From positions 1 to 54,545 of the IMG/VR virus record IMGVR_UViG_3300019881_000003: a stretch of 54,545 nucleotides of DNA. One strand, written 5' to 3'. A program made the position numbers and the translations under genes. Below the pieces are notes generated by a model. It was not told where the DNA came from, made no database searches, and saw only the letters and a list, made by a program, of their open reading frames with translations. The DNA is from a virus (taxonomy: Duplodnaviria > Caudoviricetes). Below are positions 17,184 to 26,108 of this stretch, piece by piece; position 1 is the first letter of the stretch; every line of letters starts with the position of its first letter.

Positions 17184-18055
17184 CCGGGCCCGCACCGCAG
17201 ACCCCGGAGCGCCACGAGCTCGAGGTCGCGCTCCGGGGTCTGCGGGTCGATGCCGACCTGTCCACCACGAAGCTCGCGAAGCGGCTGGGCTGGTCGCAGT
17301 CCCGCGTGTCGCACATCGAGAACGGCCGCACCTTGCCGTCCCCCGACGACGTGGACCAGTGGGCGCAGGAGACCGGCGCGTCCCCCGACACCCGGAGGCA
17401 TCTCGTGGCCCTGGCAGAGCAGTCCCGCACCCAGTTCACGCTGTGGCGCCGCAGGTTCGCCGGGGCCAACGGCCGTCGCCGCGTCCAGAAGGAGATCGCG
17501 CAGCTCGAGGATGCCGCGTCGGTGATCCGCGTGTTCAGCGCCGACACCATGCCGGGCCTGGCCCAGACCCGCAAATACGCGGAGCGCATGTTCCTGCTGG
17601 GCCGACCGGATGTCACCGACGAGCCCGAGGATCTGGACGCGGTCGTGGATGCCCGCCTGGCTCGTCAGGGCGTGTTGGACTCCGGCAAGCAGATCCGGCT
17701 GTTGATGTCGGAGTTCGCCCTGCGCCGGCAGCTGGTGCCCGGCGGCGATCAGCTCGACCAGATCCACCGTCTGATCGGTCTGGTCGCCCGGCCGAACGTG
17801 GACGTGGGGGTGATTCCGTTCGCCGCCGATGAGGTCGCGCACCAGTATCACGCCTACGCGATCTTGGGCGACCTCGAAGCCGACGCGGGGGCCATCGTGA
17901 TGGCCGAGACGTTGACCCGCAGCTTGACGGTGCGGGACGCCGAGGAGGTCGCCCGGTATGTCGAGCATTTTGAGCGGCTGGATTCGACGGCTTTGCACGG
18001 CGACGACCTGCGCGCGTTTCTGCGGGAGGCTGCCGCGTCGGTGACCTGGTCTTAA
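17180..18055 (+). CDS. XRE HTH + DUF5753 (Scr1/WhiJ-like) regulator
   Basis: LGWSQSRVSHIENG, PGLAQTRKYA, RLARQ..L, E.ALR. Confidence 0.9.
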   Translation: MTGPAPQTPERHELEVALRGLRVDADLSTTKLAKRLGWSQSRVSHIENGRTLPSPDDVDQWAQETGASPDTRRHLVALAEQSRTQFTLWRRRFAGANGRRRVQKEIAQLEDAASVIRVFSADTMPGLAQTRKYAERMFLLGRPDVTDEPEDLDAVVDARLARQGVLDSGKQIRLLMSEFALRRQLVPGGDQLDQIHRLIGLVARPNVDVGVIPFAADEVAHQYHAYAILGDLEADAGAIVMAETLTRSLTVRDAEEVARYVEHFERLDSTALHGDDLRAFLREAAASVTWS

Positions 18056-18129
18056 CTCATGCCCGATGCTAGTCAGTGTGTTGTGTCGAACGAGATGACT
18101 AGGCCGTGGTCCTGGTCTTGGAGGCAGCG

Positions 18130-18294
18130 ATGAGCGCTGGCGAGATCCTGGTGGAACGTCTGCTGGCCCAGGTCACCGCGGCGTGGGGCGAGCTCGCCGA
18201 GCAGCACCGCGTGTCGTGTCGCCGTTGTGCCCGCCGCGGCCCGTGCCCAACCGCCCGGCTCGCGGACCGGCAACGCGCGCACGCCTCTGTCTGA
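18130..18294 (+). CDS. Small Cys/His protein
   Basis: GGAGG RBS; H..SCRRC....C. Confidence 0.55.
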   Translation: MSAGEILVERLLAQVTAAWGELAEQHRVSCRRCARRGPCPTARLADRQRAHASV

Positions 18295-18316
18295 CCTGCC
18301 TGCGATACTGCCGGGC

Positions 18317-18436
18317 GTGGATGATGGGGCCACGGACTGGGATGCGGTTGTCGCCGGCATCGAACAGCGGCTCGACGAGCTACGAAAGCTGGTCGAGGAC
18401 TATGTGATCGGCGAGTACGAAGCCGACTTCGACTGA
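18317..18436 (+). CDS. Very small acidic protein
   Basis: Coding-like composition; possible leaderless GTG. Confidence 0.4.
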   Translation: MDDGATDWDAVVAGIEQRLDELRKLVEDYVIGEYEADFD

Positions 18437-18483
18437 TCGTCGAGCGTCGTGCGCTAGCCTGCCCCTGCCAGGTGGGGGCCTGA

Positions 18484-18518
18484 CGCCCCCCGATCCTTGA
18501 GGCCAGGGTCGGGGGGCG
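18484..18518 (+). terminator. GC-rich hairpin terminator
   Basis: CGCCCCCCGATCCT/AGGGTCGGGGGGCG stem followed by AACCTTTT. Confidence 0.65.
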
Positions 18519-18541
18519 AACCTTTTGCCATACTGTCCAGC

Positions 18542-18982
18542 GTGGGCAACGAGACGTGGATGCACGGCGACGCGGTAGTCGCATGCGCCGACCTCGTGGA
18601 CCGAACCGGTGCGGCCGGGTTCGAGATCGGCTACGTCAACGACGACGTGCCGGTGGAAGAGGCGGGCTGGTACGCCCACGCGAGTTTCCGGGGTGCCCGC
18701 ATCATGACCGAGAACCATCGGTCGCCGTCGTCGGCCGCGCTTGCTCTCGGCGAGCGGCTGCTGGCGGGCGGCATGTGCCGCTGCGGCCAGCTGGTGACGC
18801 TGGCCGATGACCAGGCGGGGTGTCGTTGGCGGCTGATGGGGAAGCGGTGGGAGCCGGGCTGCGACGCGGAGCCGATCCACATGTCGGAGGGAACACGTGG
18901 CGACCTGGGTGCGATGCAGGCGGCGATGGCTAACCGGGCCACCCGCCGAGCAGCAGCCCGGGAGCAGCGGCGCAGGCGCTAG
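18542..18982 (+). CDS. Hypothetical protein (leaderless)
   Basis: TACTGT -10 box 6 nt before GTG. Confidence 0.7.
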   Translation: MGNETWMHGDAVVACADLVDRTGAAGFEIGYVNDDVPVEEAGWYAHASFRGARIMTENHRSPSSAALALGERLLAGGMCRCGQLVTLADDQAGCRWRLMGKRWEPGCDAEPIHMSEGTRGDLGAMQAAMANRATRRAAAREQRRRR

Positions 18983-19035
18983 CCCTGGCGGGGTTCCCAG
19001 ATCTTTCCATCTCAGCGTGCGTCGAGCAGGCGTCG

Positions 19036-19236
19036 TCAGTTGCCACAGGTCTCCATGTCGCAGCCCCAGAGCGACCCGAAGGCGTAGACCCACCACGGGC
19101 TGGCGATAAGAACCCACGCTAGACAGCCGACCAGCCAGGCGACAGCGGCCGGTGTGCTGTCTCGCGTGCAGGCAAGACCGAACATCAGGGCGAAGCCGCT
19201 GAGGATGACACCCACGAGCAGGACAGCCAGGGTCAT
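19036..19236 (-). CDS. Small 2-TM membrane protein
   Basis: ATGA overlap, hydrophobic. Confidence 0.6.
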   Translation of the reverse strand: MTLAVLLVGVILSGFALMFGLACTRDSTPAAVAWLVGCLAWVLIASPWWVYAFGSLWGCDMETCGN

Positions 19237-19604
19237 GGCCGGGCCTCCGTGCTGGTGTCCACCCCGAAGTCGAACACCGGGATGCCTGCCTTCCGAGCCA
19301 TCCGCGCGCACATGCCGGTCCCCGACGCCCACGACGTCGCGAACGCCAGACACACATCCGCGCCCAGGTCCACCATGTGCTGGTTGCGGTGACGCGGCGA
19401 CGGGAAGTCAGCGGCTGGGTACGGCTCGGGCTGGCACCCAGTCATGCGGGCGTAGCGGTCGGCCATCGTGTCCGCGCCCGGCGCCGCGCCGTGCACGATG
19501 ACGGTGCGGTCGTCATCGACGATGATCTCCCGGAACATGGCGAGCCGCAGCTTGCCCTGATCGGTCCAGGCGCGGGAGCCGGTGACCAGGATCCGCCGCG
19601 TCAC
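19233..19604 (-). CDS. SLOG-superfamily (DUF2493/YspA-like) protein
   Basis: RILVTGSR, VHGAAPGAD, RNQHMV, GT..C...A. Confidence 0.9.
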   Translation of the reverse strand: MTRRILVTGSRAWTDQGKLRLAMFREIIVDDDRTVIVHGAAPGADTMADRYARMTGCQPEPYPAADFPSPRHRNQHMVDLGADVCLAFATSWASGTGMCARMARKAGIPVFDFGVDTSTEARP

Positions 19605-20818
19605 GTCTCCTCCTGCTTCGGCCGGTGCGCGGCGTCGATGACGTCCAACCCGGTCGGGTTAGGCAGGCCGCGCGCCACATACACCTCACTCGATCGCACA
19701 CTCGAATGCCGTAGCTGGTCGGCGATCTGCCGCGCCGTCTGCCCTTCCTGCGCCAGCAGGGTGGCCACGGTGTGGCGTCCGACGTGGGTGGAGAACCCCT
19801 CATGCCCGATCCGCTTGCACATCCGTTGGATGGAGCGTTGCACGTCGGTGGGTCGCCGCCACCCCCCGCTGCTGGACGGGAACACGGGCTGGTCAGCCCC
19901 GACCCCGCCGGCTACCAGTGCGGGCGCCCGGTCGAGCAGCAGGGCGTGCAGGAAGCTGGGGAGTCCGACAACACCGGTGGACGCCACCGTCTTACCGTGG
20001 TGCCGGACAACGCCTTTGCCTTTGACGATCACTAGGTTGCCGTTGAACCACACCGAGCGGGGCTTCAGCTTCTCCTGCCGGCCGTTGTCGGGGTTGACCG
20101 CGCGGACGGGCTGGTCGGTGAGGTTGAGGTCGGACCAGCGCAGTCCGATGGCTTCGCCGAATCGGCAGCCGGTGCCGAACAGGACGCGCAGCAGGTCGGG
20201 GAGGTCGCTGGCTTTGGCTTGCGGGTCGGCGTCGACTTTGGCGAGGAATTCGAGGATCTGCTCGGCGTCGTAGGCGGGGGCGGCGCGCACGGTGCCGCCG
20301 CGGATGGGGCGGGCGGCGGTGGTGGGGTTGTGGGCGAGGAGCCCGTGTTCGATGGCGGTGTTCATGAGCCCGGAGATGCAGTGGCGGATGCCGCGGAGGG
20401 TGCCGGGGGCGATGCCGGGGTTGTGGGCGCGGACGGCTGCGAAGACGCCGTTGATGCGGACGGGGGTGACTTCGCGGACCAGCAGGTCGCCCATGTGTGG
20501 GAGGACGTGGTTGCGGATGCGGCTCTCGTAGCGGTCGTAGGTGGTGTCGGCTTGTTCGTCGCGGACGTGTCCGAGGTAGTGGGGGACGAGGTCGCGGACG
20601 TGGGTGTCGCCGTGGTTGAGGATGGCGGCGTCGGCGGTGCGTTCGGTGAGGTACGCCTCGAGGTTGCGGGTGGCTTTTGCCTTGGTGTCGCCGCTGCGTT
20701 GGATCTGCCGGGTCTTGCCGTCGTAGTCGCGGATGAGGGTGGTGGCCTTCCATCGGCCGTCATTGTGTGGGTAGTGGCGGATCTTCCCCCAGCTACCGAG
20801 GGCCAGTCGCCCAGGCAT
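19601..20818 (-). CDS. int: Tyrosine integrase
   Basis: TGCRFGE (R), GKT (K), THVGRH (HxxR), RHSS (H), EVY (Y). Confidence 0.95.
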   Translation of the reverse strand: MPGRLALGSWGKIRHYPHNDGRWKATTLIRDYDGKTRQIQRSGDTKAKATRNLEAYLTERTADAAILNHGDTHVRDLVPHYLGHVRDEQADTTYDRYESRIRNHVLPHMGDLLVREVTPVRINGVFAAVRAHNPGIAPGTLRGIRHCISGLMNTAIEHGLLAHNPTTAARPIRGGTVRAAPAYDAEQILEFLAKVDADPQAKASDLPDLLRVLFGTGCRFGEAIGLRWSDLNLTDQPVRAVNPDNGRQEKLKPRSVWFNGNLVIVKGKGVVRHHGKTVASTGVVGLPSFLHALLLDRAPALVAGGVGADQPVFPSSSGGWRRPTDVQRSIQRMCKRIGHEGFSTHVGRHTVATLLAQEGQTARQIADQLRHSSVRSSEVYVARGLPNPTGLDVIDAAHRPKQEET

Positions 20819-21363
20819 CAGGTCGTGGCCTTGGCGCGTTCCGTCGCGGCCTCGTGCAGGGCGTAGAACTCGCTGCGCTTCATCGGCTCGAGCGCAGCAG
20901 GAACGGGAGAATATTCGCGGCCGATGTAGACCACGACGTTCGAGCCATCGGGGGTGTCGCTACGGGCGTCGAGGTCCATCCAGTTCGCCATGTGCAGCAC
21001 GCCCACGCCGAGCACGTCGTAGGGCACGCCGAATTCGCGTAGCACCTTGTCGTACTGGGGTGCCTCGTTGAACTTGGCCTTGCGGTCCCGCCAGATGTCG
21101 CCTGGCTTGCCCGGCTTCGGGATCAGGTGGGTCCGTGTCTGCGCCCGGCTCAGACCGTCGGGCGGGGGGTTGTCGCTGTCGTCGTTGTCAGCGAACCCGA
21201 CGCATGTCGCGCCCCCGACGCGCGTCCAGACCGGTGGGTTGTTCGGGTGCTCCCGCTCGTACGGCGTGACGTGCTCTGCCCAGAACGCGTCCCGGGCGGC
21301 ATCGCATGCTCGCAGCGCCGCCGCGAGCGCGGGGTTGGCTCGGTAGAAGAACCAGTCGCTCAT
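20818..21363 (-). CDS. Hypothetical protein
   Basis: TGATG coupling to int. Confidence 0.75.
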   Translation of the reverse strand: MSDWFFYRANPALAAALRACDAARDAFWAEHVTPYEREHPNNPPVWTRVGGATCVGFADNDDSDNPPPDGLSRAQTRTHLIPKPGKPGDIWRDRKAKFNEAPQYDKVLREFGVPYDVLGVGVLHMANWMDLDARSDTPDGSNVVVYIGREYSPVPAALEPMKRSEFYALHEAATERAKATT

Positions 21364-21445
21364 CGGGCACCACCCGAGGCGTTGGCGGTGTCATACTCGA
21401 GTAGGTTGTCGGCGGGTTGAGCGGCAGGTGTCAGAGCGTCGTTCA

Positions 21446-21600
21446 CGCGGTCTCCAGGGGTACCAGTTCCATGGCTATTCCATGGCATGCCCCCAGTCTA
21501 TCCCGCTGAACTGTGACGCTGTGTCCTTCTGACCAGCGTGTCGAGGCGACGTCTCCCCAGAGTGCCAGGGTTTGAGTACATGTACCTGCCGGATGGACCG
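21446..21600. other. Candidate attP-containing intergenic region
   Basis: Non-coding divergence point upstream of the int operon; tandem TTCCATGGC repeats at 21467-21486 resemble arm-type sites; core not identified. Confidence 0.35.
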
Positions 21601-21641
21601 TGTAGACACGTCTACATTGTGAGTGTAGAGTGGTCTACATG
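21601..21641 (+). promoter_or_regulatory. Double-operator leaderless promoter, copy 1 (TGTAGA-N4-TCTACA x2)
   Basis: TAGACA-N17-TAGAGT-N7-ATG; repeated at 41244 and 44441. Confidence 0.85.
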
Positions 21642-22001
21642 AACCGCAACCAGCTGCCGCAGGCCGTGATCGACGAGGCTTGGTCGGAGTTCGTCTACCC
21701 GCGCGCCGCCGTCGGCGACCTCGCCCGCCCAGCCCAGATGGGCGGGTTCACCCGGGCCATGCGCGTCGTCGCCCAGTGGGCCGACCGGCACGTGGCCGCC
21801 GAACTGGAAGCACTTGCCGTCGAGATGGACGATCGGCCCGGAAACCTGCCGGTCACGGCTGAGGACGTCCGCGCCCGCGCCGCGCAGCTTCGAGGTGAAG
21901 ACACCTGGTGCAACTGCCAGGCCGTTCGCGGCACGGCGAACTACCCCGGCCCGTGGCACCCGAAGGGCGACCCGACCTGCGTCTCGGCGAGCGCCCGGTG
22001 A
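21639..22001 (+). CDS. Hypothetical protein (leaderless)
   Basis: ATG lies within operator 2. Confidence 0.7.
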   Translation: MNRNQLPQAVIDEAWSEFVYPRAAVGDLARPAQMGGFTRAMRVVAQWADRHVAAELEALAVEMDDRPGNLPVTAEDVRARAAQLRGEDTWCNCQAVRGTANYPGPWHPKGDPTCVSASAR

Positions 22002-22417
22002 GGCCGCCTGCTGTCCGGCCGTGTGGGTCGTGCCCGTACCGGCGTGACGTGCCCTCCGGGATATGGCACCCCGACGAGTACGCCAAACTCCCCCGCTTCG
22101 ACGCCGACACCGCCGAACAGCCGCCAGCCGTGTTCCTGTGCCATCAGCAGGACGGCCGGGTGTGCGCCGGCTGGGCTGGCTGCCACGACATGGATGCGTC
22201 GCTGGGCCTGCGGATCGCGGCGGCGACGGGAGCTCTCACCGGCGACGAGGTGGATGCGGTGCTCGACTTCGTGTCGCCGGTGCCGCTGTTCGCGCGGGGC
22301 GCGGAGGCTGCGGCGCACGGACTGGCCGAGTTGGAGGCGCCCGGGGTGGCAGCGCATCGGGCGATGGAGAAGGTCGCGCAGCGAAGGACACGACACCAGA
22401 CCGAGGAGACGCGATGA
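21998..22417 (+). CDS. DUF6283-like Cys-rich protein
   Basis: PCGSCPYRRDVPSGIW..EY.KL, FLCH, CAGW..CH. Confidence 0.8.
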   Translation: MRPPAVRPCGSCPYRRDVPSGIWHPDEYAKLPRFDADTAEQPPAVFLCHQQDGRVCAGWAGCHDMDASLGLRIAAATGALTGDEVDAVLDFVSPVPLFARGAEAAAHGLAELEAPGVAAHRAMEKVAQRRTRHQTEETR

Positions 22418-22662
22418 GCACCAGAGCGCGGAAGCTGCCGTTGACGCAGGGGCTGCCGCAGTACACCAGGGCGCTCACCGAGCGCCTCGATGAGGCGCTC
22501 GGGGACGCCGACCGCAACTCGGACATGCCTGCCTTGCGGTCGTACTACGACGGCAATGTGCGTGCGTACCGGCTGGCGTTGTCCTACCCGCACATCTGGA
22601 CCGACGGCCGCTACGGCACCTCACTGGAAGCCCAGCCCACCGACACCACCGAGGAGACCTGA
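22414..22662 (+). CDS. Hypothetical protein
   Basis: GAGGAG RBS, ATGA overlap. Confidence 0.7.
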   Translation: MSTRARKLPLTQGLPQYTRALTERLDEALGDADRNSDMPALRSYYDGNVRAYRLALSYPHIWTDGRYGTSLEAQPTDTTEET

Positions 22663-22664
22663 CC

Positions 22665-23060
22665 ATGTGTGCTGTTGAGGACTGCCCTCCGTGGGACGTC
22701 TACAACGAGACCAACCCGACCGCTGTGCTGCAGCACCGCTGCACCGAGTGCGCGCGCACCATCCGCCGCGGTGAGCGGTACCGACGCTGTGAGGGCCGCT
22801 GCGACGGCGTGTGGTGGACGCACAAGATCTGCGCCCACTGCGACGCGGCCTCCGCCTGGATGATGACGGTGTGCAACGGCTGGGTGTTCGAGAACTTGTA
22901 CACCGAGCTGCTGGATCACTGGTTCGAGGGCTACCGCTCGCCTGGGATGTTCCGCCTGATCATCGGTATCCGGCGGGGTTGGCACGGCGGGCGGGATCCG
23001 GTGCCGTCGGGCGTGTCGGATCTGGCTCGGTCGATGATGACGAGGCAGGTGGCGGCATGA
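22665..23060 (+). CDS. Zn-finger-like phage protein
   Basis: HRCTEC..I..GERY..KICAHC. Confidence 0.75.
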   Translation: MCAVEDCPPWDVYNETNPTAVLQHRCTECARTIRRGERYRRCEGRCDGVWWTHKICAHCDAASAWMMTVCNGWVFENLYTELLDHWFEGYRSPGMFRLIIGIRRGWHGGRDPVPSGVSDLARSMMTRQVAA

Positions 23061-23458
23061 CGAAGGCGAAGGCGCAGCAGCGGGGTGAGGTAGAGGTGTG
23101 GCTGGGTGACGACCACGGCCTCGACGACGGGCAGGTCGCCGAGCTGCGGCGGCAGGCCAGCCTGATCGCGGCCCGCTACCCCGACCCGGGCGACGCGTCG
23201 GAGCGGGAGGCGGCTCTGTCCGCAGCCCGCGAGGTGTTGACGGCCGACGACCCGGGGACGGTGGTCGCGGGGATGGGCGACGAGTTGGGGCAGGCCCGGT
23301 CGTCGCAGCGGATGGCGTTGGTGCGGATTGAGCAGGCGGCGGCGATGTTGGTGGAGCCGCCCGAGTCGAAGCCAAAGGGTGTGCGGTCACAGTCGGGGTT
23401 CGCGAAGACGGCCGGGGTGGATCGGATGACGGTCCTCAAATGGCTGGGGCTGCGATGA
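23057..23458 (+). CDS. DNA-binding protein with C-terminal HTH (candidate TGTAGA-box repressor)
   Basis: SQSGFAKTAGVDRMTVLKWLG. Confidence 0.75.
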   Translation: MTKAKAQQRGEVEVWLGDDHGLDDGQVAELRRQASLIAARYPDPGDASEREAALSAAREVLTADDPGTVVAGMGDELGQARSSQRMALVRIEQAAAMLVEPPESKPKGVRSQSGFAKTAGVDRMTVLKWLGLR

Positions 23459-23709
23459 GCGACCCACTGCCCTGGACCCTGCTGCGGCATCGGGTTCTCA
23501 ACGCGGTGCGAGACGGCAAGGTCTCGGTGAGCGGTGACGGGCCGTGGCTGTTCTCCCGGCCCGTGTCCACCCAAGCGCAGATGGCTCGCGCCATGAACGG
23601 GCTCTGGCACGGCGACTACGTCCACGTCAACACCTGGCGCGGCGTCGAACTGACCCCACGAGGCAAGCGGCTGCTGGCTCGCTGGTCCGAGCGTCGGGAG
23701 GTGGTCTAG
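23455..23709 (+). CDS. Hypothetical protein (wHTH-like end LTPRG)
   Basis: ATGA overlap. Confidence 0.6.
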   Translation: MSDPLPWTLLRHRVLNAVRDGKVSVSGDGPWLFSRPVSTQAQMARAMNGLWHGDYVHVNTWRGVELTPRGKRLLARWSERREVV

Positions 23710-24015
23710 GTGACTGATCTGGACGCGAAGGTCGTGGCGGCTGTGGTCAACGCCGACAGCGAGCACCTGCGGGCGGCGCTCACCGCCATGCTCGACCTGC
23801 ACCGCGAGCACGAGGTGAAGGACCAGGCCGGCACCTACCTGTATTCGATCTGTTGGGACTGCTGCACGAACGATGAGGACGACAGCCAGTCCGCAGTGTG
23901 CAGGGACGGCCACGAGCACTTCGGGCCGCTGTCGGGCCGGTGTTGGCCGTGCACGACGTGGCATGTGGCGGCGCGGGCGCTGCGGGTGAAGGCCCCCGAG
24001 TTGGGGTTGATGTGA
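23710..24015 (+). CDS. Cys/His-rich phage protein
   Basis: GGAGG RBS; LDLH..C..C..WPC.T pattern. Confidence 0.7.
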   Translation: MTDLDAKVVAAVVNADSEHLRAALTAMLDLHREHEVKDQAGTYLYSICWDCCTNDEDDSQSAVCRDGHEHFGPLSGRCWPCTTWHVAARALRVKAPELGLM

Positions 24016-24108
24016 TGGTGGACGTGGGGCGGGGGAGCACTCTGTGCGAACAGACCCACCAGCCCCACGTCCGTCGCCCATCCTGCCGTACGGGTCGCCC
24101 GACTGGGT

Positions 24109-24139
24109 GCTAGATATCTAGCGGGCCGGGGGTTACGCT
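24109..24139 (+). promoter_or_regulatory. Perfect palindrome GCTAGATATCTAGC over the -35 of a TAGATA-N17-TACGCT promoter
   Basis: Same consensus as the boxes at the PadR genes. Confidence 0.7.
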
Positions 24140-24179
24140 CCCCAACGGCTGTAACCACCAGTACTGGGAGGATCACGTT

Positions 24180-24431
24180 ATGAAGCGCGGCATTCTTGTG
24201 GCGGCCGTCGCCGTCGCAGCGTTCGGGTTCGCTGGTGCCGGTACCGCGTCGGCGACTGGCGACATGACCCACAACGACTTCCCCGGCATGACGCACAACG
24301 CGTATCCCGGCATGACGCACAACGACTACCCGGGTATGACGCACAACAGCATCCCGGGCATGACGCACAACGAGTACTCGGGTGCCGCGGCTGGCCAGGC
24401 TGGGGCGGCTGTCTTCGCCCTCGCCGCCTGA
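24180..24431 (+). CDS. Secreted pro-peptide with five MTHNxx(P/S)G repeats
   Basis: GGGAGG RBS, Sec signal peptide ending ASA, 24-nt period repeats at 24264-24383. Confidence 0.85.
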   Translation: MKRGILVAAVAVAAFGFAGAGTASATGDMTHNDFPGMTHNAYPGMTHNDYPGMTHNSIPGMTHNEYSGAAAGQAGAAVFALAA

Positions 24432-24601
24432 CCCAACAAAAACAACTGCTCGACCTCGGTTCTCCACAACTACGGCCCGCAGGATCCCCCACCTGCGGGC
24501 CGTTCCTCATGTCTGGGTCCCCCGTTTGGGGGGTCGTTCTCTAGCGCAGCTGCGCGTTAGCCTGCACGTGCAAATGCACTATGCATGGCGGGAGTGACGT
24601 G

Positions 24602-24847
24602 ATGTCGGCCGGTGACCCGGTGGAGTGGCTGGTGCCGCCACTGAACGATCGAAGCCACGCTTTCGGCGACATGGGTGGGGAGACGGCCCGCGCGGTGTGC
24701 GCCCTGTCGGCACCCTCGCAGCGGCTGTCGGAGCCGACGGAGGACAACCCGCGGTGCCTGGTGTGCCTGGTGACTGTCGGCCGGGAGCTCGCCGGCCTGC
24801 ATGGTCGTGTCGACGGCGGTGTCGCCGTGTGGACCCCCGTGACATGA
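24602..24847 (+). CDS. HC3-type zinc finger protein
   Basis: RSHAF..AVC..RCLVC. Confidence 0.7.
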   Translation: MSAGDPVEWLVPPLNDRSHAFGDMGGETARAVCALSAPSQRLSEPTEDNPRCLVCLVTVGRELAGLHGRVDGGVAVWTPVT

Positions 24848-24850
24848 AGC

Positions 24851-24893
24851 GACCGGGGCGCCCCCAACTGTTTGTGTTGGGAACGCCCCGGTC
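24851..24893. terminator. Bidirectional hairpin between convergent genes
   Basis: GACCGGGGCG/CGCCCCGGTC perfect 10-bp stem plus inner CCCAAC/GTTGGG. Confidence 0.7.
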
Positions 24894-24917
24894 CAGCGAC
24901 CCCGCCGGGCTGCGAGC

Positions 24918-25355
24918 CTACCGCGCGCTCTGGGACGCGGCGATGTACCGGTCGGTGACGTGCTTGGGGATGCGTCCGCGCGGCTTGAGTTCGATGCGCT
25001 GGCTTTCGGCCCAGGCCCGGACGCTGGCGGCGTCGGGGCGCAGGGAGGTGCGTTTCGCCCTGCCGGTGGTGGGTTCGGAGAACTGCGGTAGCGGCGCCGG
25101 GGGCTTGCCGCGCCCCCGCTTGGGGCGCTGCTGGCCAGCCTCGATGTTGGCGGCGAGGAGTTTCAGGTTGGGCCGCGGGCCGGCGACGTGCCGGGCTTCG
25201 AGGATGTAGGGGGCGAGGGCTTCGCGGAGCCGGGCGGCGTGGTTGTCGTTGAGGTCGATTTCGAGTGGCTGCCCGTCGAGTGAGAAGATCACGGTTTGGT
25301 CGGCGGGTCCGCCGTCGATGTCGTCGACGAGGGCGGTGATCACGTTCTGCGCCAT
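24918..25355 (-). CDS. lsr2: Lsr2 nucleoid-associated protein / xenogeneic silencer
   Basis: MAQ.V...LVDDIDG..A.QTV.FSLDG..EIDL; VRAWA..RGRIP. Confidence 0.95.
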   Translation of the reverse strand: MAQNVITALVDDIDGGPADQTVIFSLDGQPLEIDLNDNHAARLREALAPYILEARHVAGPRPNLKLLAANIEAGQQRPKRGRGKPPAPLPQFSEPTTGRAKRTSLRPDAASVRAWAESQRIELKPRGRIPKHVTDRYIAASQSAR

Positions 25356-25571
25356 GCCAGGGGTCCTCACTGTCGCGGTGAGCGGTCGTGCACAGGGTGC
25401 CACGCTGTCACCATCCGGTGATCCATGGCACGCCGAACGGCGCGGGCTGGTGGACGGGCAGTTCGGCGGTCGGGTGCCCGGCGATGCGGGGCGCGTGCAG
25501 CAGGCTGCCGTACTGGCCGACGACTGCAGCGAGTAGCCCGGCCGCGGCGAGCACGGCGACGATGCGCATGC

Positions 25572-26108
25572 TCATTGGACGGCGTCCGCCCGGCTCGACG
25601 TGCTCGGGAGCAGCCGCTCGGTTCTGGTCGCCTCAACCACCAGCGCCGCGGCGCCCGGCGGCCGTTGAGGCTTCGGCCAGGGCCCGCTGCCGGTCGGCGC
25701 CGGTCGCTGCACGGGCAGCTGGTGCCCGTTGGTGGCGGGGCTGCCGCCGAGCGGGGCCGCGTCGCCGGGGGGCTTGCTGTTGCCGTCCAGTTCGCCCGCA
25801 GCGTCGGCCGGGTCGCGGTGCTTGCGAAGTCCCAGGGCCATGCGGGTGGCGGTGTACAGGCCGAACAGCATGAACCCGACGTTGGCGATGTAGAAGCCTT
25901 CGAGGGACAGGATGGTGCCGACTACGAGGAAGATCGAGTGGCCGATGAGCAGCAGCACACCAGACCACAGGAACATCCACATGGATCGGCGGTCGTCGGT
26001 GACGGCGACGTTGCGGGCGCGGAATGCGAGCCAGAAGCTGAGGAGCAGCAGGACGCTGACGCCGGCGGTGTAGGCGTCGCGCCAGTCGAGGTAGACGGTG
26101 ACGGTCAT
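25572..26108 (-). CDS. Three-TM membrane protein with disordered C-terminus
   Basis: Three hydrophobic segments; ATGA overlap. Confidence 0.75.
   Translation of the reverse strand: MTVTVYLDWRDAYTAGVSVLLLLSFWLAFRARNVAVTDDRRSMWMFLWSGVLLLIGHSIFLVVGTILSLEGFYIANVGFMLFGLYTATRMALGLRKHRDPADAAGELDGNSKPPGDAAPLGGSPATNGHQLPVQRPAPTGSGPWPKPQRPPGAAALVVEATRTERLLPSTSSRADAVQ

Noticed and set aside
24180-24431. Canonical arbitrium aimP or RiPP precursor
   Set aside because: No TPR/RRNPP receptor and no modifying enzyme or dedicated transporter in the window; kept only as an analogous hypothesis
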